Shown here one piece after another: positions 1 to 7,497 of a stretch of 64,000 nucleotides of DNA. The notes under the pieces were generated by a model, which was not told the DNA's origin, did not search any database, and saw only the letters and a program-made list of their open reading frames with translations. Within the stretch, counting starts at the first letter, position 1; every line of letters starts with the position of its first letter. The position numbers and the translations under genes are program-made. The DNA is from Gammaproteobacteria bacterium (GTDB lineage Bacteria > Pseudomonadota > Gammaproteobacteria > CAJXQU01), in contig CBDEGZ010000003.1 of NCBI GenBank assembly GCA_965238175.1, forward strand, positions 1,696,001-1,760,000. The letters are read 5' to 3'.

Positions 1-1
1 T

Positions 2-916
2 GTTTTCTGCATTCTAGGCGAAGGGACAATCGCAGGCGCCATGTTTGCACTCGAAGGCAAAACCGGGCTTGTCGGCGGCTTTGCCTATGGTTTGTCTTTC
101 GCGACTGTCAATGTGCTATCTGGGATGGCGATTGGTTTTTTCACCTTACGATACTGGCTTGATTATTATAATCGGATAGGCACATACCGGCTGAGAAGAG
201 CCATCGCCTGTGCGTGTTTTTTTATTTTTACCGGTTTTCTTTGTGTGCTCATTTTTAGTGCTGCACGCGTCAGAGTAACTGGCTCCCATAGTAATATTTT
301 TGACTTCGAAACAGTCAGCTTTTTAAGCACCTTCAATGATGCTCTGACCTTGGTCATCATTGCGCTTGGTGTATTGGGCAGTGTCGTTGCCATCTATAAA
401 GGTTACAAAGGCCTGTCTGATCCAATTCCCGGTTTTTCAGAAAGTGACCTTTATCCAAAACGTACCGTCGATAGACCGGTGCAAGCCATGGTGGACAGTA
501 CATTAGATCGGCTTGACGAGATGTACGACAACGCTGTCGATGACATTGAGTCTGCGATTGATGAGGCCGAAGATTTTCATGAGGCACAACATCAAAAAGC
601 GACAACGCTGCAGAAAAAGCTCGTTTCACATAATGCGTTAATCACGCAACTCTCACTCAAAATAAAAAATCATACGAGTGCTGAAGGCTTTATCAATCAG
701 TCCAAAGACACCTTGAGCTTGGACATATCACACCTGCATATTCCCATTGCTGAGACGTTAGCCCCGCTGACACAACACAGTCGTGCCTCACCCGATTACA
801 ACACCTTACTGAGTCGATTACAGACGGCGTATGAAAGTGGCATTAACCACGTGCAAGCCGCACACGCCGCCTTTCTTAACAGTACCACTTTGTTTGAACA
901 GGAGAATAAATCATGA
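2..916 (+). CDS. Multi-pass membrane protein with coiled-coil C-terminus (5' partial)
   Basis: Frame is open from base 2 (VFCILGEGTIAGAM...); several hydrophobic segments; stop overlaps next ATG. Confidence 0.7.
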   Translation, partial: VFCILGEGTIAGAMFALEGKTGLVGGFAYGLSFATVNVLSGMAIGFFTLRYWLDYYNRIGTYRLRRAIACACFFIFTGFLCVLIFSAARVRVTGSHSNIFDFETVSFLSTFNDALTLVIIALGVLGSVVAIYKGYKGLSDPIPGFSESDLYPKRTVDRPVQAMVDSTLDRLDEMYDNAVDDIESAIDEAEDFHEAQHQKATTLQKKLVSHNALITQLSLKIKNHTSAEGFINQSKDTLSLDISHLHIPIAETLAPLTQHSRASPDYNTLLSRLQTAYESGINHVQAAHAAFLNSTTLFEQENKS

Positions 917-1812
917 ACAATATAAGACGACGAACGCGCTCAAATCGTCGACGCGCAAATCAATCTTCCAAGAATCGATACGGTCTCATTGCAGGTATTG
1001 TCCTTGTCCCAATCAGCGTACTGGGTCTTGGAAGCGTCTTATTAAAAAGTGAGCTTAAGAAAGAAAAAATAGACAGTGATACCTATTGTTATCAACAAGA
1101 GAGCCAGTATGAAGCGGCCTTCTTTATTGATTACAGTTTGACTAGATTTGCAAGTTCATCAACACAACGAAGTCTAACGAATTCTCTACTATCGGCTTAC
1201 CGATCTCTTCCCGCCAATGGCAAGCTATCGATTTTTAATACGGCAAAAAATAAAAATAGCGATATTGTCACGCCGGCATTCACCCTATGCAGGCCTGCAA
1301 AAAATGCCAAGGAACAAAAAGCGCTCAATGGGCTTGAAGACACAAACGAGTATGTCAAAAGTCGTTATCAGAAAGCCGAGTCTACCTTCACGGCGCATGT
1401 TGATACGTTAATTAAGGAAACCACCTCGAAAAAAGAGGCACTTAATTACGCGCCTTTACTCGAACGCTTTCAGGGGATCAGTCGTTTCTACAATGAAGGC
1501 TCACTGCAAAAATTATTCGTCTACTCACACGGTATTCAATACTCTGGATTTGCGGAATTTTGTTTCAAAAAAAATCACCTGCCACCATTTTCAATCTTTA
1601 AATCCAGTAACACTTACAACACGCTGAAACCAACACAAGCGTATGAGGGTGTCGAGGTTCATTTTCTGCTGGCAGAGTACGCTCGCCTTCCGATAAAGGA
1701 AGCGCCTTATTGTACCAACCACGAGATCCGTCAATTTTGGCCTGCCTATTTTGAACACAATGGCGCGAACGTCGAACTCTCCATTTTGAAGAGTTATCAA
1801 CGCGATGACTAA
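913..1812 (+). CDS. Membrane-anchored hypothetical protein, possibly degenerate vWA-like fold
   Basis: Arg-rich N-terminus plus one TM; FFIDYS, LCRP, APLLE and KLFVYSHG segments follow a vWA-like strand/helix order. Confidence 0.6.
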   Translation: MNNIRRRTRSNRRRANQSSKNRYGLIAGIVLVPISVLGLGSVLLKSELKKEKIDSDTYCYQQESQYEAAFFIDYSLTRFASSSTQRSLTNSLLSAYRSLPANGKLSIFNTAKNKNSDIVTPAFTLCRPAKNAKEQKALNGLEDTNEYVKSRYQKAESTFTAHVDTLIKETTSKKEALNYAPLLERFQGISRFYNEGSLQKLFVYSHGIQYSGFAEFCFKKNHLPPFSIFKSSNTYNTLKPTQAYEGVEVHFLLAEYARLPIKEAPYCTNHEIRQFWPAYFEHNGANVELSILKSYQRDD

Positions 1813-1838
1813 TTTAAATCAACACTTTGGAGGGTGAT

Positions 1839-2516
1839 ATGGATCTGCCATTTCGAATTCCTGACATCTTGCTGCCCATTCTTTTTGGGGCGCTCTTATG
1901 GTTTGGCTGTGTGTACTTTTTTATTACGCCGGCACTGACAGAAAGGGTGATCGATATTCATGTGAGAGAAGAATGTGAAGGTCATGCTGATCAGGTTTTT
2001 TGTGATTGCCTGTTTGAGCATTTTTGGGAGCGAGGCGCATCGATAAAAAGCACTTTATTTTTATCAACGTTTTCGCTCTCCGAGCCACGGATCAGTCTGT
2101 TTGATACTAAGCGTAATCCTTATGTGGAATATGTTTCCTATCAGATGAAAAAACCGAAACTAAGAACGGCATGCGACACCACAGGAAATGCTTCACTTCG
2201 TTTAGCCGAAAAACGCGCCACAGAAAAAATAGAAGAGAAACACAAAAAAGAACTGGCTGAGATTGAGAAACAACACAAAGAAAAAATGGCGCAAGAAAAA
2301 CTAAAAAACAGTGAGCATCAAAAAGTACTTGAAGTGGCAAACGCCGTAAAGAATTCCAAAGTAGGACAGTATTTACAAGAAGAAGCAGAGAGAGTGAAAA
2401 GAGCAAATGAGCTTCGTGAACGAACAACAGACGTTGGCCTGAATGTGTGGGAAAGCACCTTGGATTGGGTAGAAAAAAAGCGTCGTCATTATGAGAGGAG
2501 AAATAATTATGAGTAG
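1839..2516 (+). CDS. Membrane-anchored Cys-containing hypothetical protein
   Basis: GGAGG RBS before ATG 1839; N-terminal TM and CDC motif; positional and weak sequence homolog of 42384-42914. Confidence 0.65.
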   Translation: MDLPFRIPDILLPILFGALLWFGCVYFFITPALTERVIDIHVREECEGHADQVFCDCLFEHFWERGASIKSTLFLSTFSLSEPRISLFDTKRNPYVEYVSYQMKKPKLRTACDTTGNASLRLAEKRATEKIEEKHKKELAEIEKQHKEKMAQEKLKNSEHQKVLEVANAVKNSKVGQYLQEEAERVKRANELRERTTDVGLNVWESTLDWVEKKRRHYERRNNYE

Positions 2517-2928
2517 AGAACGCTTTTATTACAAAAGTGATTCGTACCTTGTCACATCAAGAATCTTTAAAACAAAGCGTCGTGGGTATCGAATGCCAGC
2601 TATTACGCAAGTGAGCTTACGCCGTACTCAGTTCTACCTGTTACTTCCCGTTCTTAGTGGCGTTATGAGTCTCGTTCTTTTTTTTGGAGATTTGCTCTAT
2701 CTGCATGAAATATTTTCAGGTGGGTTTGTGGCGTTAGTGCTGGGTGTTGCGTCATGGTCAGTGGGCACCATACATCTGAAGGGTTTTAACGTTGATGGCA
2801 TAGCAACAGTCGGACTGTATTGGAAAATGGCAGAACTTAACGAAGCTCTCAACCATGTTCTTTGGGAGTCGGAGATTCAACAGAAGGGCGTTGGCAACAG
2901 CGGAATGTCATCACGCTCAGATTATTAA
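2509..2928 (+). CDS. Small two-TM membrane protein
   Basis: GAGGAG RBS; homolog of 42916-43296 (VSLRR/VSVRR, DLLY). Confidence 0.7.
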   Translation: MSRERFYYKSDSYLVTSRIFKTKRRGYRMPAITQVSLRRTQFYLLLPVLSGVMSLVLFFGDLLYLHEIFSGGFVALVLGVASWSVGTIHLKGFNVDGIATVGLYWKMAELNEALNHVLWESEIQQKGVGNSGMSSRSDY

Positions 2929-2940
2929 CAGGAGAAGACG

Positions 2941-3255
2941 ATGGAAAACAATAATGACTTAATGAAAGTTACCAACGGCACGATTGTCAAAATCAATCTG
3001 CATTTTTTACAAGCGGTCGTATTCGGTTTGATTGCTTGGTGGTGCTACCCCGAGAGACCCTTTGATATTGGTTGGGGATTGGTGTCGTTCATTTCGGTCT
3101 TGGTGGTGTTAGCGGCTATCGCCAGTGCCATCAAAGACATGACGAGACTCCACCAACGCGAAAAGACCATCAAGGCGTATTTACAACAAGGGGCGCAGCC
3201 CAAAGCCTCCACATTGGCATCGGATGATGCGTTAAAAAAAGCGGGGATGCGGTAA
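2941..3255 (+). CDS. Two-TM protein resembling the detached N-terminal anchor of a VirD4/TraG coupling protein
   Basis: Two TMs followed by ASTLASDDALKKAGM; highly similar to 43286-43606. Confidence 0.7.
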   Translation: MENNNDLMKVTNGTIVKINLHFLQAVVFGLIAWWCYPERPFDIGWGLVSFISVLVVLAAIASAIKDMTRLHQREKTIKAYLQQGAQPKASTLASDDALKKAGMR

Positions 3256-3800
3256 TGACGACTAAAAATAAAAAAAACTCTGACGTGCGCTTTGATGCTG
3301 AACCTTTATCAGAACGTGATGACCATTTTGAAAATGCTGAGAGGGAAGACAGTGACATTGATTGTTTAAATGACGATCTCTCTTTTGTGACGGACGCGAT
3401 TTATTCTGCGTTATTAGATCCTCCATCGAATGCTCTACGCAATCAGTATTGGTGTATTGAACCCCGTACTCTTTTGGATTTCCAGTTATCACAGCATACG
3501 AAGGAGGAAAAACCGAGTCAGTCAACCAAACGACTCCTTGGACTAACCTCGAAAGGTGAACCACTCTTTGCATCAAAGCCTACTCAGCGTTTGTTACTCA
3601 GTGCGGCTGGTGGTGGCAAGACAACCTGTGGTGCATTGCCATCATTTGTGACTGACACCCTTCATCGAGAGTTGTTAACCCACCCGTTTCTTGAGAACGA
3701 TAAAGAACGTCCCCGGCGTATTGAGACTGTCTCTAGAACTGCCTGTTCACCACAGCTATCAGCAGATGATCTATCAAACAAAGGAGATGTTGATCCATGA
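3255..3800 (+). CDS. Hypothetical protein containing VirD4-derived segments, including a duplicated Walker A region
   Basis: Contains LLSAAGGGKTTCGA identical to the downstream VirD4; N-half homologous to 43606-43863. Confidence 0.55.
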   Translation: MTTKNKKNSDVRFDAEPLSERDDHFENAEREDSDIDCLNDDLSFVTDAIYSALLDPPSNALRNQYWCIEPRTLLDFQLSQHTKEEKPSQSTKRLLGLTSKGEPLFASKPTQRLLLSAAGGGKTTCGALPSFVTDTLHRELLTHPFLENDKERPRRIETVSRTACSPQLSADDLSNKGDVDP

Positions 3801-5191
3801 ATAATCCGACCAAACGAATCCTCGGACTGACCTTTGATGGTAAACCCATCTTCGCCCCCAAGCATGCTCATAGTCTGTTACTCAGTGCAGCCGGTGGCGG
3901 TAAGACCACCTGTGGCGCAATGCCCTGGTTGCAATCACTCATTGCCGATACGGATCGTACGATTCTCGTCACCGACAGCAAAGATTGTGAAATGGCGGCA
4001 CAGGCTATTGCGATGTGCCTTGAGGCGGGACGCAAAGTCGCCTACGTCGATAGTTTTGCCAGGCTAGGTAAAGACAATCCTTATCGCATTTCACCGAATC
4101 CGTTTGGTGGTGTGGTCAGTGCGTATCAAAAGAATAATGGCGAGTTGTTGTTTGCCACCGAGAATGCCTGTCATGCTCTGATCGAAGAACCCTCTGATGA
4201 TGCCAAAAATGAATATTGGCGTACTGAGCCTCGCGCCCTGATCGAATTTTGTTTGAACTCGTTGCTGGTGCGTAATATTCGGTTGGCCACACCGGGCGGT
4301 GTTTGGGCATTGCTGGCAAATCCTGAGATGCTACTTGAGGTTGCCGCTATCGAAGCGGAAGAAGGCGATGATGCCATGAAAGCACTCGCCAACCATGTGC
4401 TTGGTATGGCAAAAAACGAAGAGCACTACTCGCAACACCGTGCCGCTGCTACCAAAGCTTTACGTATCTATGCGTCAAATTCAGCCCTGCATCAATCCGG
4501 CGTCGGTGAAGTCATAACCCATGAGAAATTGATTGAGGAGAACTACGTCGTTTTCCTCGGTGGACCTGTTAAATACATGGAACGCCTTGGGGCTGATTAT
4601 GCATTGCAACTGCAAAGCTTTATGGAGGTAGTGTTATCGGGTGAAAGTGGTCCCGTCAGTTTTATTCTGGATGAATTTACCAATGCGCCTTTAAAGGCAT
4701 TGATCTCACAACTGACCACCATGCGCGGCTATGGTGGAACCTGCCACATGATAGCCCAATCCCGCTCAGAAATAGAACGCAAATACGGCAAAAAAGAAAC
4801 CCTGACCATTGATGAGAACTGTGTCATCAAGCAGTGGTTTGGTTTTTCATCGTTTGATGAAGCAGAAAAAGTCAGTCGTGCCATGGGTGAGACCTTGAGT
4901 GTCTCATCCAGCATTGGCGTGAACTCCGACAAGGTGGATTTTTCCGGGAACTACAGTACCGGAAAAGAGCGGCTTTACACGCCAGACATGTTGATGAGCC
5001 TGCCACCGGATGAACAAATTCTTTATGTGAAAGGTGTAGGGTTTATTCATTGTAAAGAAATCGTTCAGAACGAAATTGCACCGAGCTGTACTTACCTGAC
5101 GGATAACCCCATGGAAGGGGAACGCCTGCCACCTAATCCGAAAGTCACATTGCCATTTCCCCAAGAAAAAAATAAGGAGAGAAAATCATGA
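3797..5191 (+). CDS. VirD4/TraG-family type IV coupling ATPase lacking TM anchor
   Basis: ILG..HSLLLSAAGGGKT (Walker A), VTDSKD, FILDEF (Walker B), RGYG, AQS..IERKYG. Confidence 0.85.
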   Translation: MNNPTKRILGLTFDGKPIFAPKHAHSLLLSAAGGGKTTCGAMPWLQSLIADTDRTILVTDSKDCEMAAQAIAMCLEAGRKVAYVDSFARLGKDNPYRISPNPFGGVVSAYQKNNGELLFATENACHALIEEPSDDAKNEYWRTEPRALIEFCLNSLLVRNIRLATPGGVWALLANPEMLLEVAAIEAEEGDDAMKALANHVLGMAKNEEHYSQHRAAATKALRIYASNSALHQSGVGEVITHEKLIEENYVVFLGGPVKYMERLGADYALQLQSFMEVVLSGESGPVSFILDEFTNAPLKALISQLTTMRGYGGTCHMIAQSRSEIERKYGKKETLTIDENCVIKQWFGFSSFDEAEKVSRAMGETLSVSSSIGVNSDKVDFSGNYSTGKERLYTPDMLMSLPPDEQILYVKGVGFIHCKEIVQNEIAPSCTYLTDNPMEGERLPPNPKVTLPFPQEKNKERKS

Positions 5192-5454
5192 AACCCGTTC
5201 GATTTTTACGCGTTAGTTATTTTATCTGGATACTAATCTTATTGGGTCTGTGGTTGTTCACAGTGACCGCTGGTTTGCCCCATTTCCGTTGGTCTTATGA
5301 CTGGCGAGATGATGGACAAGGGTACGATCCACATGCGGAACGTCATTACACGCGCTGCACCTATTTAGGGCCTTATGGGCAGTTCACCCTTCACCCGATG
5401 AATGGGCACTGTGCGTTTATCCGCTTTCAAAAGAAAGCCGGCAGTCAAGACTAA
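5188..5454 (+). CDS. Small membrane-anchored protein with two Cys
   Basis: ATGA overlap with VirD4; near-identical to 45251-45517. Confidence 0.75.
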   Translation: MKPVRFLRVSYFIWILILLGLWLFTVTAGLPHFRWSYDWRDDGQGYDPHAERHYTRCTYLGPYGQFTLHPMNGHCAFIRFQKKAGSQD

Positions 5455-5708
5455 TGCGTCTCGACCAGTTTAAGCCACGGCGCGGGATCGCGATGCTTAA
5501 GTCCGAACTTTTGCACAAGCTCCATCCGGGCAAAGCCTTTGAGGACGTTGAGCATGGTGTCAAGTCGAACACCGTCTTTCAATTGTTGATCGCAGTCACT
5601 CCGTTCCTGAATGTCCAGACCATACGGCTCAATGGCATACCAGAAGCCGTGATAGTCCATCGGTTCCAACCATTCTTCAACGGCTTGTCTGTCTTTAAAT
5701 GTTTTCAT
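5451..5708 (-). CDS. Small conserved hypothetical protein, antisense to the cassette
   Basis: Homolog at 45514-45774 (WLEPMDYxGFWYA); GGAGG RBS. Confidence 0.75.
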   Translation of the reverse strand: MKTFKDRQAVEEWLEPMDYHGFWYAIEPYGLDIQERSDCDQQLKDGVRLDTMLNVLKGFARMELVQKFGLKHRDPAPWLKLVETH

Positions 5709-5770
5709 ACCTCCAAACTAGCATTTTTGGATTCGCCACTTCAAGAAAAATCGACAGGAGGGTTTTCGTC

Positions 5771-6262
5771 ATGGAAATCAACTTCTCAAAAGAACTAAAA
5801 CAAACCTTTAACCTAGCCACTCTGCGAAAAAAAACAAAAGGCCTGAGGTCGCCTAATGATTGGGAAAAGGGTAACAAAATTATGAACCAGTACGAACGTG
5901 AGACGAAAAAACAAACGAAAGCGTATTACGCCGAGTATGACAACCGTGTCAGTAACGTTGTTAAACAATTAATTGATAAGGCGGGTGCCAAAAATCGTGA
6001 TTTTAAACACCGCTGGTTTGGTAATGATAATTTTGACAAAGAGAAGTTGACCCGACAAGCCCATAAAGTCGTGCAGCATGATCATCATCGCCGGATGACA
6101 CGTTTAGAAGAAAACGAGGCCATTGATCTTGGCAAACTCGTTGAAACCATCGAGCAACGCGACAAGTTACGTGAAAAACCACGAAAGGACTTTGAGAAAG
6201 CGGCAGATAGACGCAAAACACAAGAACACCCTCAAACACAGACTCGGCATCGTCGCCGGTAA
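5771..6262 (+). CDS. Hypothetical protein with Arg-rich C-terminus (RHRRR)
   Basis: AGGAGG RBS before ATG 5771; homolog at 45837-46328. Confidence 0.75.
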   Translation: MEINFSKELKQTFNLATLRKKTKGLRSPNDWEKGNKIMNQYERETKKQTKAYYAEYDNRVSNVVKQLIDKAGAKNRDFKHRWFGNDNFDKEKLTRQAHKVVQHDHHRRMTRLEENEAIDLGKLVETIEQRDKLREKPRKDFEKAADRRKTQEHPQTQTRHRRR

Positions 6263-6292
6263 ATAGTTAATCAACATAGGAGAAGAAAGGTT

Positions 6293-6979
6293 ATGAATCA
6301 ACTCTACGATAATCAAGAACGAGAACGCGTTATTAAAGCCCGTGACAGTTATTCAGGAAGACTACTCACCAATAGTCAGTTTGATGAGGCGATGTCGATT
6401 ACCGGCATTATGGAGCGTGAGATCAAAAAAAACGGCACCTTCAAACAAAAGCTCGGTGATTACGCCCAAGCTTATGCCCGTACTGAAAAGTTTGATCACA
6501 TGAAAGCCGAAACCACCATTCGTGAGTTATTCACAGCTCGCACAGGGCAAACCATGAATCAGATGCGCGAAGCATTGATCAAACGCGAAGATACATTGCT
6601 AGGTCGAGAAGGCAAATCCTCACCTGATCAAAAAGCCGTTGAGCCTCAGATTTCAGATTCTGAAAAACAACGCGCTTACCATGCCGCCATGGATGTGGGA
6701 GGCATGATTGAGAAAGGCGACAAGATTGCTTTTTATCGTGCTTATACCCATCAATCATCAGAACTCGCACAAGAGTTAGGGATTACTGAAAACGGGGCAA
6801 AAGTGTTGATGAAAGACCAATTTGAGCAAATAGAAAAGAATGACATTTATAAATGGGGGAAGGAGTTGGAAGAAAAATACTATCGACCTCAAATCAAGGC
6901 AGAGCAGGAAGCGCGGGAAGCCAAGCGAGACAAAAACAATCCGCCTGAGATGAAACAGGCACCGTCTCGTGCAAGATAA
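6293..6979 (+). CDS. Conserved hypothetical protein ending APSRAR
   Basis: Clear homolog at 46357-47040; AGGAG RBS. Confidence 0.8.
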   Translation: MNQLYDNQERERVIKARDSYSGRLLTNSQFDEAMSITGIMEREIKKNGTFKQKLGDYAQAYARTEKFDHMKAETTIRELFTARTGQTMNQMREALIKREDTLLGREGKSSPDQKAVEPQISDSEKQRAYHAAMDVGGMIEKGDKIAFYRAYTHQSSELAQELGITENGAKVLMKDQFEQIEKNDIYKWGKELEEKYYRPQIKAEQEAREAKRDKNNPPEMKQAPSRAR

Positions 6980-7000
6980 GGAGAAAAAAGCCTACCGAAG

Positions 7001-7134
7001 ATAGCGCGAAGATATTAATTTCATCGTTAAAAACGCAATAATCTTACGCGCTATTTTCTTGCTGAAACTAGGAATATATGTCTATAGTGTTCTGCTTATG
7101 TTCTTGCATTGTGTGAGACAAAAAACGTAAGGAG
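7001..7134 (+). promoter_or_regulatory. Conserved hairpin plus putative sigma70 promoter for the recombinase module
   Basis: ATAGCGCGAAGAT...ATCTTACGCGCTAT stem; TTGCTG-N18-TATAGT; 7029-7134 identical to 47093-47198. Confidence 0.55.
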
Positions 7135-7158
7135 GATTTGAGCAAAAAGGAGACAAGA

Positions 7159-7497
7159 ATGAAAGACAATAAGCAGGGTGAAGATATAAAAACGAGTGAG
7201 CGACTTCTTGAGAATAACGCGCTTGGCAAGAGTGATTATTTGCCTTCACTTGTGTTTGATCCTGAACAGTATGTGGATGATTTTGATGAGCTAGATTTAA
7301 GCAATAAACAACATATTGAGTTTCTTCAATCGCTTTGGCACATCATGTCCACCTTTGTTGATATAGGTTGGGGAGTTGAATCTGTCCAGTTATTTTTACC
7401 GGAATTATTTGAAAAAGCTGGGCAGGATTCTGACAAACTGTTAAGACTAGAAGAAATACAAACAATTAAACCATCTGAAGGAGGATATGATGAGTAG
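7159..7497 (+). CDS. Small recombinase-associated protein (candidate directionality factor)
   Basis: Overlaps the recombinase start; homolog at 47224-47532 (LWxIMxxxVDIGxG). Confidence 0.65.
   Translation: MKDNKQGEDIKTSERLLENNALGKSDYLPSLVFDPEQYVDDFDELDLSNKQHIEFLQSLWHIMSTFVDIGWGVESVQLFLPELFEKAGQDSDKLLRLEEIQTIKPSEGGYDE

Noticed and set aside
3834-4932. Overlapping short ORFs that appear conserved between E1 and E2 inside VirD4
   Set aside because: Their conservation only reflects the near-identical DNA of the two VirD4 copies.
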